Origin: Patescibacteria group bacterium
GTDB lineage: Bacteria > Patescibacteriota > Minisyncoccia > RBG-13-40-8-A
DNA length: 64,000 bases
NCBI GenBank assembly: GCA_018897295.1
Contig: JAHILA010000009.1
Span: 3,154 to 67,153 of the forward strand
Direction: 5' to 3'
The notes under the pieces are model-generated. The model worked only from the letters and a program-made list of their open reading frames with translations. It did no database searches and was not told the origin of the DNA. Both the position numbers and the translations under genes were made by a program. Shown here piece by piece: positions 37,118-44,940 of the stretch. Within the stretch, counting starts at the first letter, position 1; every line of letters starts with the position of its first letter.

Positions 37118-37170
37118 ATATTAAGTCCCGACGATTCTGTCGGGACCCCGACCACTTCGTGCGTCGGGGC
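37118..37170 (-). repeat. Duplicate of the tRNA-Lys 5' end (GCCCCCATAGC) fused to GC-rich hairpins (GTCCCGAC..GTCGGGAC, CCCCGAC..GTCGGGG)
   Basis: 12-nt copy of the tRNA 5' acceptor/D region, followed by two perfect 7-8 bp GC hairpins. Confidence 0.5.
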
Positions 37171-37221
37171 TATGGGGGCGTATTTAAAATAATAGATTTT
37201 AAAAAGCATTTAGTCAACTTA

Positions 37222-37413
37222 TGCGCGTGGGAGGACTCGAACCCCCAACCGTCTCCTTAAGAGGGAGCTGCCCCGCCCGCCTTGCTTCGCCGATTATATG
37301 CGCCCACCAGGACTCGAACCTGGGACAATCTCCTTAAGAGGGAGCTGCTCTACCAACTGAGCTATGGGCGCGTCAAGGCGAAGCGGGCAGGTCTACCATT
37401 GAGCTACACGCGC
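37222..37413 (-). tRNA. Interrupted tRNA-Lys(CUU): 5' part 37392-37413 and 3' part 37222-37271, separated by a 120-nt intervening segment that contains another tRNA
   Basis: The joined halves give a canonical 72-nt tRNA (GCGCGTG-TA-GCTC-AATGGTA-GAGC-A-GCTCC-CTCTTAA-GGAGA-CGGTT-GGGGG-TTCGAGT-CCTCC-CACGCGC-A) with a 7/7 acceptor pairing. The intervening segment begins and ends with complementary GC-rich arms. Confidence 0.55.
37299..37371 (-). tRNA. tRNA-Lys(CUU), intact, nested inside the interrupted copy
   Basis: GCGCCCATAGCTCAGTTGGTAGAGCAGCTCCCTCTTAAGGAGATTGTCCCAGGTTCGAGTCCTGGTGGGCGCA. Confidence 0.85.
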
Positions 37414-37441
37414 GCTTTTCAGTTAACCGAGTTTGACTCGG

Positions 37442-37513
37442 TGCCCTCGGCAGGATTCGAACCCGCAACTACGCGTCCGAAGCGCGTCGTGTTATCCGTT
37501 ATACCACGAGGGC
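37442..37513 (-). tRNA. tRNA-Arg(UCG)
   Basis: GCCCTCGTGGTATAACGGATAACACGACGCGCTTCGGACGCGTAGTTGCGGGTTCGAATCCTGCCGAGGGCA. Confidence 0.8.
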
Positions 37514-37770
37514 GACATTTTTATGTATCCGTCCGAAATTATCTTTTCTACATAATCTTTTCTTTTTAATTTTTTCAACCTTTGTTCTATCCATCTGGCA
37601 GTTTTTAAATTTGCGTATTCTTGCGAAAAAACTAATACAGGATTTTCCATCCGATTAGTAGTTTGAGTGTAGCCATGATCATGTTGTTTTATTCTTCTTA
37701 TTAAATTACTCGTGCTACCAATATAGAATTTATTATTTTCATCTTTAAGTATATAAACGTATGCTTTCAT
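37492..37770 (-). CDS. GIY-YIG nuclease family protein (YhbQ-like). The annotated 3' end overlaps tRNA-Arg by ~22 nt.
   Basis: YVYILKDENNKFYIGSTSNLIRRIKQH GIY-YIG motif. 92 aa. Confidence 0.6.
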   Translation of the reverse strand: MKAYVYILKDENNKFYIGSTSNLIRRIKQHDHGYTQTTNRMENPVLVFSQEYANLKTARWIEQRLKKLKRKDYVEKIISDGYIKMSPSWYNG

Positions 37771-37789
37771 AAATATCTGCTCCGACGCT

Positions 37790-37875
37790 CCGATTTTTAT
37801 GTCGGAGGTCGGAGCCCCGTACCCCCGACATTATGTCGGGGCGTCGGGGTTTCACCATAGGGGCGAAGAATTCAA
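37790..37875. repeat. Cluster of nested GC-rich hairpins (GCTCCGAC..GTCGGAGC, CCCCGACA-TTA-TGTCGGGG)
   Basis: Perfect 8-bp GC stems between the GIY-YIG gene and the small ORF at 37959. Confidence 0.5.
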
Positions 37876-37958
37876 TTATAGAATAGCTTAAAAATATCCA
37901 TTGGTCAAACTTGACAAAATCTCAGATATATGATAAAATTAGATTTAAGGAGGCTAAG

Positions 37959-38183
37959 ATGAAAAAAACGAATAACAAGCGACTAGAAGAAATGTTTGAT
38001 CCGGATATTTGTACTTTAAACACCGATGCAGTTATTAGTGATGGATCCGCAATTCCTATTTTATCTACGAACCCCCCGCTAATACAAAATATTTCTTTCC
38101 CTGTAAAAATTATTACTCGTGAAGGAAAATTTTGGATAGCCAAAATGGAAAACGGAGAAATCATCAGTATCGAATTATGTTAA
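37959..38183 (+). CDS. Small hypothetical protein (74 aa) with strong promoter, RBS and terminator
   Basis: TTGACA..TATGATAAAAT promoter. AAGGAGG lies 5 nt before the ATG. A terminator follows. Confidence 0.5.
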   Translation: MKKTNNKRLEEMFDPDICTLNTDAVISDGSAIPILSTNPPLIQNISFPVKIITREGKFWIAKMENGEIISIELC

Positions 38184-38184
38184 A

Positions 38185-38230
38185 CCCCCTCTCGCCTATA
38201 AAACAAAAACGAGAGGGGTGTTTATTATTT
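38185..38230 (+). terminator. Rho-independent terminator
   Basis: CCCCTCTCG...CGAGAGGGG stem followed by TGTTTATTATTT. Confidence 0.6.
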
Positions 38231-38249
38231 CATAAAAAACTTTAAAAAA

Positions 38250-39404
38250 TCAAAATCCAATCAGATAATAAAATCCCAGCCCGAATAAAACGATTGCTTC
38301 AATTAGATTTAACCATGTCATTGCTTTACTTGAAGCAATTTTAATGTTCATTGTAAAAACAGCAATCAAGAAAACAATAATCTCATCAATCATGTAAAAC
38401 AATAAATATAGCGCTATGTAAAAAATATATGCCCCAACTGAAACTTGCGCTTTCGCCAACAGCCCGGCAAAAAGAACAGGAATAATAGCCGAACAAGGAA
38501 ACTCAACAATTGTAATCACAATTGCAAAAATAAAAATACTTATTAAAATTGCCCATAATCCCCGAGACTCCTTGAAACTTTTTTGTATTTTTGAAGAAAA
38601 TTTATTTACCAAGCCATTGTTGTTCATATCACAAGCTGGCCCGTATTTCCTGTATTTTAAAAATTGTTTTAAGAAATAAATCCCGCCCATAATCCCCAAG
38701 ACGCCGACAAAAATATTCATTATTTTCAAATAAGGGCCAAGAAAATAAAACAATTGATACCATAAACCGATTAAAATCCCATAAACAATAGTTGTAGTCA
38801 AAATAAAAGTTCCGCCAAAAAACAAAATCTTCTTTCTGGAACGCAAAATTATAACCAATCCCAGAATCAAGACCAACGCGCCCAGAGAACAAATATTAAA
38901 TCCGTCAAAAAAACCCAGAATTGTCGCCTGCATCAATAAAGAATATTTGCTCAAATCCACTTTGCCAATAATCGGTAAGCTTATCTTTCTCTTGTCCGTC
39001 AAAGTCCCATTTGATGGGACAAAGGAGGATAATTGTTTTTTTATCGAGTCCTCAATTTGTTTTCCAATCCCATTCTCATTATCAAATCCAGGAAAAAATT
39101 CATCGCCAACAAAAGTTAATGGAACCAAACCAATATATTGCTCCAAATTATATTTATTGCAAAGATCAATTAATTCTTTACGGCAATTTGCTTGCGAAAT
39201 TAGATGACGATTAAATTTCACATCAGGGTATTCGGGTTCAATTTTATCCAAAAATGTATTTTCTGCTTTGCAATGAAGACAGGTTTCTGAATAGAAAAAA
39301 TTTACTTCCAGTTTTGGTGTGTTGGTCTGCGCTTTCGCAAGAACAGGAAGTACAAGCAATACTCCTATTAAAACCAAAGTAGCTGAAAACAATATTTTCC
39401 TCAT
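38250..39404 (-). CDS. Membrane protein: thioredoxin-like CxxC domain fused to a polytopic DsbD/CcdA-like transmembrane domain
   Basis: Signal/TM helix, CLHC motif, then at least 6 TM helices. Confidence 0.5.
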   Translation of the reverse strand: MRKILFSATLVLIGVLLVLPVLAKAQTNTPKLEVNFFYSETCLHCKAENTFLDKIEPEYPDVKFNRHLISQANCRKELIDLCNKYNLEQYIGLVPLTFVGDEFFPGFDNENGIGKQIEDSIKKQLSSFVPSNGTLTDKRKISLPIIGKVDLSKYSLLMQATILGFFDGFNICSLGALVLILGLVIILRSRKKILFFGGTFILTTTIVYGILIGLWYQLFYFLGPYLKIMNIFVGVLGIMGGIYFLKQFLKYRKYGPACDMNNNGLVNKFSSKIQKSFKESRGLWAILISIFIFAIVITIVEFPCSAIIPVLFAGLLAKAQVSVGAYIFYIALYLLFYMIDEIIVFLIAVFTMNIKIASSKAMTWLNLIEAIVLFGLGFYYLIGF

Positions 39405-39450
39405 ACTTTTTATACTACACCAGATTTAAAAATATTTCCAATTTTAAAAG

Positions 39451-39499
39451 TTATCCACAGAAACCAACATTGACTTTCAGTTTTCTTTCGGTATATAAT
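39451..39499 (+). promoter_or_regulatory. Promoter (TTGACT-N18-TATAAT) preceded by DnaA-box 9-mer TTATCCACA
   Basis: TTATCCACA at 39451-39459. TTGACT at 39470-39475. TATAAT at 39494-39499. Confidence 0.5.
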
Positions 39500-39510
39500 T
39501 ATATTAAGAT

Positions 39511-40962
39511 ATGCTTACAAAAAAACAACAGCAAATATTGGAATATATTAAAAAATGCATAAAGAAAAATAACTACTCTCCTTCTCTTAAAGAAATAGCG
39601 AGACATTTTAAATTATCTTCTGCATCGGGCATTCATCAACACGTTGAAGCATTAAAATTAAAAGGGTATTTGAATAAATTTGAAAACCACCCACGAACAA
39701 TTCAAATTGAAAAACATGAAAGAATGATTAATATTCCAATATTGGGATTAATTGCAGCAGGACAACCGATAGAAGCAATTGAGGATAAAGAAACAATCGC
39801 CATTCCACAAAACAAAATTCCTCATTCCGGAAAATTTTACGCATTACGCGTAACCGGAAACAGTATGATTGACGAAAATATAAATGACAACGACATTATC
39901 TTGGTTAAACAACAAAATGTAGCCGAAAATGGACAAAAGATAGTGGGACTCATTGATAACAACGAAGCAACGTTAAAAAAATTCTATAAAGAAAAAAACT
40001 ATATTCGACTACAGCCAGCTAATAAAAATATGAGTCCGATTATTATTAATAAAAATCAAAATTTTAATATTCAAGGAGTAGTTGTTGATGTAATAAAAAA
40101 CGAACAAGATTTAACAGCCACTGAAACATTGCCAATTTCAAAAATTCAACAATACGACACATTGCCATTAAATGAAATTATTTGCGGTGATTGTGTTAAT
40201 GTCTTAAAAAAAATACCAGATAATTCAATTGATATGGTAATTACATCCCCCCCTTACGATAATGTTCGAACATATAATGGATTTAGTTTTAATTTACACG
40301 ACACGGGTAAAGAATTATTTCGCGTTCTTAAAGATGGCGGAATCGTAGCAATGGTTATACAAGATCAGACAAAAAACTTTGGTAAATCGCTCACGTCATT
40401 CAAGACCATTGTTGACTGGGTTGATAATATCGGATTTAAGCTTTTCGAGACTGTTATATATAAAAAACACGGCGCCGAAGGCGCGTGGTGGACAAAAAGA
40501 TTTCGAGTTGATCATGAATACATCCCTATTTTTCTTAAAGGAGAACGCCCGGCATATTTTAATAAAGAACCACTTAAAATTCCATCCAAACACGGAGGCA
40601 AAACCATGACCGGATGTGCTACACGACTAACTAATGGCAAAACATTAAAATCAAAAAAGGTCTTTATTAATCCAATGAAATGCAGGGGAACATTATGGGA
40701 TTATACTACATGTGGCGATGGCACTAAATTAAAACACCAACATCCTGCGACGTTTCCAGATAAAATTCCCTATGATCTTATACAATGTTTTTGTCCATTA
40801 AATGGCGTGGTATTGGATCCATTTGTGGGAAGTGGCACATCTGTATTGGCAGCCATCCAATTGAATAAAAATTATATTGGAATTGATATCTCTAAAGAAT
40901 ATTGTGATTTAACCAAAAAAAGAATCAAAGAAGAGGGATCAATTAATAGAAAATTATTTTAA
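39511..40962 (+). CDS. LexA-like repressor (winged HTH plus S24 peptidase) fused to a beta-class N6A/N4C DNA methyltransferase
   Basis: N-terminal ~200 aa carry a LexA-type HTH and S24 motifs (GNSM ... ILVKQQ). C-terminus carries ITSPPYDN (motif IV) before DPFVGSGTS (motif I). Confidence 0.65.
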   Translation: MLTKKQQQILEYIKKCIKKNNYSPSLKEIARHFKLSSASGIHQHVEALKLKGYLNKFENHPRTIQIEKHERMINIPILGLIAAGQPIEAIEDKETIAIPQNKIPHSGKFYALRVTGNSMIDENINDNDIILVKQQNVAENGQKIVGLIDNNEATLKKFYKEKNYIRLQPANKNMSPIIINKNQNFNIQGVVVDVIKNEQDLTATETLPISKIQQYDTLPLNEIICGDCVNVLKKIPDNSIDMVITSPPYDNVRTYNGFSFNLHDTGKELFRVLKDGGIVAMVIQDQTKNFGKSLTSFKTIVDWVDNIGFKLFETVIYKKHGAEGAWWTKRFRVDHEYIPIFLKGERPAYFNKEPLKIPSKHGGKTMTGCATRLTNGKTLKSKKVFINPMKCRGTLWDYTTCGDGTKLKHQHPATFPDKIPYDLIQCFCPLNGVVLDPFVGSGTSVLAAIQLNKNYIGIDISKEYCDLTKKRIKEEGSINRKLF

Positions 40963-41943
40963 TAATTTTCTATTGTCAATAGTATATTCTATCGCCAATC
41001 CACTAGTCATCGCCCAAGACAATGGATTTTTTTTAATCATAAATTCAAAATTTCTATTATTGGGCACAATATTTTCTTTTGTAAATTTATAAGTTTTAAA
41101 ATTAGACCATTGCCAATTTTTTGATACATATGTCCATTTTGTTAATTTAGACAACATTTTTAAAAATCTTTCCGACTTCTGTTTTTCTTCATCATTAATA
41201 CTGTAATAATTTTTCATTTTTATTATATTAACGAATTCCCCTTTAGAATTGGATATTTTGATTTTGTCGTTTCTTTTCTTGTTTTCACTTATATCACTAA
41301 TCTCAAGAAAAAAATCTTTTAACGCAATCATTAAATTGTGTATAGAGTAATGTTTATTCAAAAAGATTTTATTCAATTCATTTTCCCTTGATTCTGCGTT
41401 TAAATATTTTAACCAATCGATACAATTTTCCGGATATCCAAATAAATTTTTAAATACGCCATCCACATATAATAATGGACAAATTGCTGATTCGGGAATA
41501 GTAAATTTCTTTTTTGATCCTATTATTCCAATAAGCATATGTATTGTGGCTAATGGATATTTTAATTTAAAATTTTTATATCCATCATAATTTCTTAAAT
41601 TATTGGGTTGTATACAATTTTTAAAATTATCCCAATTTAATGGTCGTTTATTTTTATTAAATTGAACCATGTGATGCCCGATGCTTCGTATATTTTTTCT
41701 GAAAATTTCCATATCCAAAAATATGCAATCTCTAACGGAAATATTGTTATCCAACAACATCACTTTTCCGTCATAAAATCCTCTTATCTTCCAACCTAAA
41801 AAATGAGACATAAATAAACCGCATAGTAAACCATCTGCGTCTGGACTCAAAATACAATCGTGATTTTTCTCTAATATCCACGGATGATCTAAAATAATTT
41901 TTCGATAATCAATTTTTTCTATCATGTTTTTATAATACATCAC
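40954..41943 (-). CDS. Hypothetical protein, a candidate cognate restriction endonuclease convergent with the methyltransferase
   Basis: ORF only. Convergent and overlapping arrangement with the MTase gene. Confidence 0.3.
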   Translation of the reverse strand: MMYYKNMIEKIDYRKIILDHPWILEKNHDCILSPDADGLLCGLFMSHFLGWKIRGFYDGKVMLLDNNISVRDCIFLDMEIFRKNIRSIGHHMVQFNKNKRPLNWDNFKNCIQPNNLRNYDGYKNFKLKYPLATIHMLIGIIGSKKKFTIPESAICPLLYVDGVFKNLFGYPENCIDWLKYLNAESRENELNKIFLNKHYSIHNLMIALKDFFLEISDISENKKRNDKIKISNSKGEFVNIIKMKNYYSINDEEKQKSERFLKMLSKLTKWTYVSKNWQWSNFKTYKFTKENIVPNNRNFEFMIKKNPLSWAMTSGLAIEYTIDNRKLLK

Positions 41944-42020
41944 ACCTCCTCTCTTGGCAAACGATTTATTGTGTAGTATAATGATTTTATAAAAAATAAA
42001 TTAACCAGTAAAATTAATAC

Positions 42021-42287
42021 ATGTTAGGAAAAATCAAGAAAAAGAAAATTATAGGAGAACATAAAGTTCATGAAACCGACACTGGCTCGGCTGATGTTCA
42101 AATTGGAATCCTAACCGAGGAAATTGCCAAATTGGCAGCCCATCTTAAAAAACATCCAAAAGACAACCACTCCAGGCGAGGCCTTTTGGGAATGGTTTCG
42201 AAAAGGAAAAAATTACTTGAATGGCTGAAAAACGACAATGAAACGCGCTACAAAAAAGTGATTAAGTCATTGGGATTGAAAAAATAA
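42021..42287 (+). CDS. rpsO: 30S ribosomal protein S15
   Basis: HSRRGLLGMVSKRKKLLEWL motif. 88 aa. Confidence 0.9.
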   Translation: MLGKIKKKKIIGEHKVHETDTGSADVQIGILTEEIAKLAAHLKKHPKDNHSRRGLLGMVSKRKKLLEWLKNDNETRYKKVIKSLGLKK

Positions 42288-42288
42288 T

Positions 42289-42801
42289 ATGAGTATTATT
42301 AAAAATAAAGAGCAACGAGTAGGGGTGTTTATGGATGTCCAAAATATGTATCACTCGGCAAAAAATATTTACCAGGCCAGGGTGAACTTCCGTGAAATTC
42401 TGAAAACCGCAGTTGCAGGAAGAAAATTAATCAGGGCAATCGCTTATGTTGTAACCACTGAAACCGGCGAGGAGAAAGCGTTTTTAGAAGCTCTAACTAA
42501 GTCAGGAATAGAGGTGAAGAGCAAAGATTTACAGATATTCCCAGGCGGGATGAAAAAAGCGGACTGGGATGTTGGCATGGCGGTCGATGCAATTAAATTA
42601 AGCGAAAAACTGGATTGCGTTGTCTTGGTAACTGGAGATGGAGATTTTGTTCCATTGATAGAATATTTACAGGCAAACGGGCAGCAAGTAGAAGTAATTG
42701 CTTTTGAAAAAAGCGCTTCAAGCAAATTAAAGGAAACAACTGATGATTTTACTGACTTGGGCAAAAGTCCGGGGAAATATTTAATAGGAATAAGAAAATA
42801 A
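42289..42801 (+). CDS. NYN-domain (LabA-like) protein inserted between rpsO and pnp
   Basis: VGVFMDVQN ... VVLVTGDGDFVPL motifs. Confidence 0.6.
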   Translation: MSIIKNKEQRVGVFMDVQNMYHSAKNIYQARVNFREILKTAVAGRKLIRAIAYVVTTETGEEKAFLEALTKSGIEVKSKDLQIFPGGMKKADWDVGMAVDAIKLSEKLDCVVLVTGDGDFVPLIEYLQANGQQVEVIAFEKSASSKLKETTDDFTDLGKSPGKYLIGIRK

Positions 42802-42806
42802 TCTAT

Positions 42807-44939
42807 ATGAATACGAAAATCTTTAAAACAGAGATTGAAGGAAAAGAACTCTCTGTTGAATTGGGCAAATTAGCCCAACAAGCCAATGGTTCGGCATTAG
42901 TAAAATACGGACAGACTGCGGTCTTAGCGACTGCGGTTCTATCTGATAAGCCGAGCGATAGAAATTATCTCCCCCTCACAGTTGATTACGAAGAGAGATT
43001 TTATGCTGCCGGAAAAATTAAAGGCAGTCGTTTTATTAAGAGAGAAGGAAGACCAAGCGATGAAGCAATTTTAACCGGACGCTTGATAGACAGATCTATT
43101 CGCCCTCTTTTTAATCAAAAATTAAGGAACGATTTGCAGATTGTTTTGACTGTTTTGTCTTTTGACGGAGAAAATGATCCCGGGCTACCGGCGCTTATAG
43201 GCGCATCAACGGCTTTATCTGTTTCCGACATACCATTTAATGGACCAGTGGCAGGAATTTCTGTTGGCCAAGACGAGAAAGACAATTGGATAATTACCTC
43301 GACTATCAGCGCCAAGACAAAATCTGGCTCTGAGATATTTGTTTCTGGAATTGAAAAAAATAAAGACATTCTTATGAATATGATTGAAGGACAGGCGCCG
43401 GAAATGCCAGAAGCAAAAATGCTTGAAGGAATTGATTTGGCAAAAAAACACATCAAGAAATTGATTGATTTCCAAAAAGACATTGTCAAAGAAATAAAAC
43501 CAGTAAAAAGAGAGTTGGAAATCAAAGAAGCTGATGGAGAACTTAAAAAATTAATTGATGAATTTGTTGGCGACAAGCTGGAAATAGCCATTTATCACAA
43601 AGAAAAACAAGTAAGGGTTAAACAATTGAATGACATTAACAACGGCCTGGCAGAATTAATCAAAGAAAAATATCCGGAAGAATCGAAAGAAAAACTTGTT
43701 TTAGTAATAGAATATATAGATGAAAAAATTGACGAAATAACCCATTACAATATTCTTAAAAACAATAAACGTCCAGACAGCAGAAAACTTGATGAATTAA
43801 GGGACTTAAGCGCTGAAGTGGGAATATTCCCAAGAGTTCATGGCTCAGGATTATTCCAAAGAGGAGAAACCCAGGTACTTTCTGTTGTTACATTGGGCTC
43901 TCCTGGTTCAGAACAGGTTTTTGACCAGATGGAAATAGAAGGGAAAAAGGGATTTATGCATGACTATAATTTCCCTCCATATTCTGTCGGCGAAGTCGGG
44001 AGAATCGGAAATCCCGGAAGAAGAGATATTGGCCACGGCGCTTTAGCAGAAAAAGCATTAAAGCCGGCAATTCCGTCAAAAGAGGAATTCCCTTACACAA
44101 TCAGGGTCGTATCCGAAGTTCTGTCTTCAAACGGATCTTCTTCAATGGCATCTGTTTGCGGTTCGATTTTGGCTTTAATGGATGCCGGAGTGCCAATTAA
44201 AGAAAAAGTTGCTGGAATTGCTATGGGTTTAATGTTGAGCAAAGCGAAATCCGCCAAAGGCGGATTGGATTATAAGATACTTACTGACATCCAAGGCCCC
44301 GAAGACCATTATGGCGATATGGATTTAAAAATCGCCGGAACTAAAAATGGAATCAATGCCATGCAAATGGATGTTAAAATTGACGGCATTGGCATAGACA
44401 TATTAGAAGATGCATTTAAGCAAGCAAAAAAAGCAAGATTGGAAATTCTTGAAGTCATAGAAAAAACCATTAAAGAGCCGAGGCCGGAATTATCTCCTTA
44501 TGCTCCGAGAGTTTATATTCTAAAAATCAATCCAGCAAAAATCGGGATGGTAATTGGTACAGGCGGAAAAACAATAAATGAAATAACCGAACAAACTGGC
44601 GCGACTATTGAAATCGAGGATGATGGAACTATTTTCGTTACGTCCGAAAATGCTGACAATGCCAAGAAAGCAATCAGCTGGATTAAATCAATGACTCGCG
44701 AAGCAAAACTCGGCGAAGAATTCCAGGGCAAGGTTGTAAAAACAGCTGAATTCGGAGCTTTTGTGGAACTCTTCCAGGGACAAGATGGTTTGCTGCATAT
44801 CTCAGAACTCGGCGCGAAAAGAGTTGAAAAAGTTGAAGATGTTGTTAGACAGGGCGATATTGTTCATGTTAAAGTAAAGAAGATAGATGATAATGGAAAA
44901 ATTGGCTTGTCTTTAATCGAAGTCGTATCTAAAAAATAA
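42807..44939 (+). CDS. pnp: Polyribonucleotide nucleotidyltransferase
   Basis: Two RNase PH domains, a KH domain and an S1 domain. 710 aa. Confidence 0.9.
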   Translation: MNTKIFKTEIEGKELSVELGKLAQQANGSALVKYGQTAVLATAVLSDKPSDRNYLPLTVDYEERFYAAGKIKGSRFIKREGRPSDEAILTGRLIDRSIRPLFNQKLRNDLQIVLTVLSFDGENDPGLPALIGASTALSVSDIPFNGPVAGISVGQDEKDNWIITSTISAKTKSGSEIFVSGIEKNKDILMNMIEGQAPEMPEAKMLEGIDLAKKHIKKLIDFQKDIVKEIKPVKRELEIKEADGELKKLIDEFVGDKLEIAIYHKEKQVRVKQLNDINNGLAELIKEKYPEESKEKLVLVIEYIDEKIDEITHYNILKNNKRPDSRKLDELRDLSAEVGIFPRVHGSGLFQRGETQVLSVVTLGSPGSEQVFDQMEIEGKKGFMHDYNFPPYSVGEVGRIGNPGRRDIGHGALAEKALKPAIPSKEEFPYTIRVVSEVLSSNGSSSMASVCGSILALMDAGVPIKEKVAGIAMGLMLSKAKSAKGGLDYKILTDIQGPEDHYGDMDLKIAGTKNGINAMQMDVKIDGIGIDILEDAFKQAKKARLEILEVIEKTIKEPRPELSPYAPRVYILKINPAKIGMVIGTGGKTINEITEQTGATIEIEDDGTIFVTSENADNAKKAISWIKSMTREAKLGEEFQGKVVKTAEFGAFVELFQGQDGLLHISELGAKRVEKVEDVVRQGDIVHVKVKKIDDNGKIGLSLIEVVSKK

Positions 44940-44940
44940 A

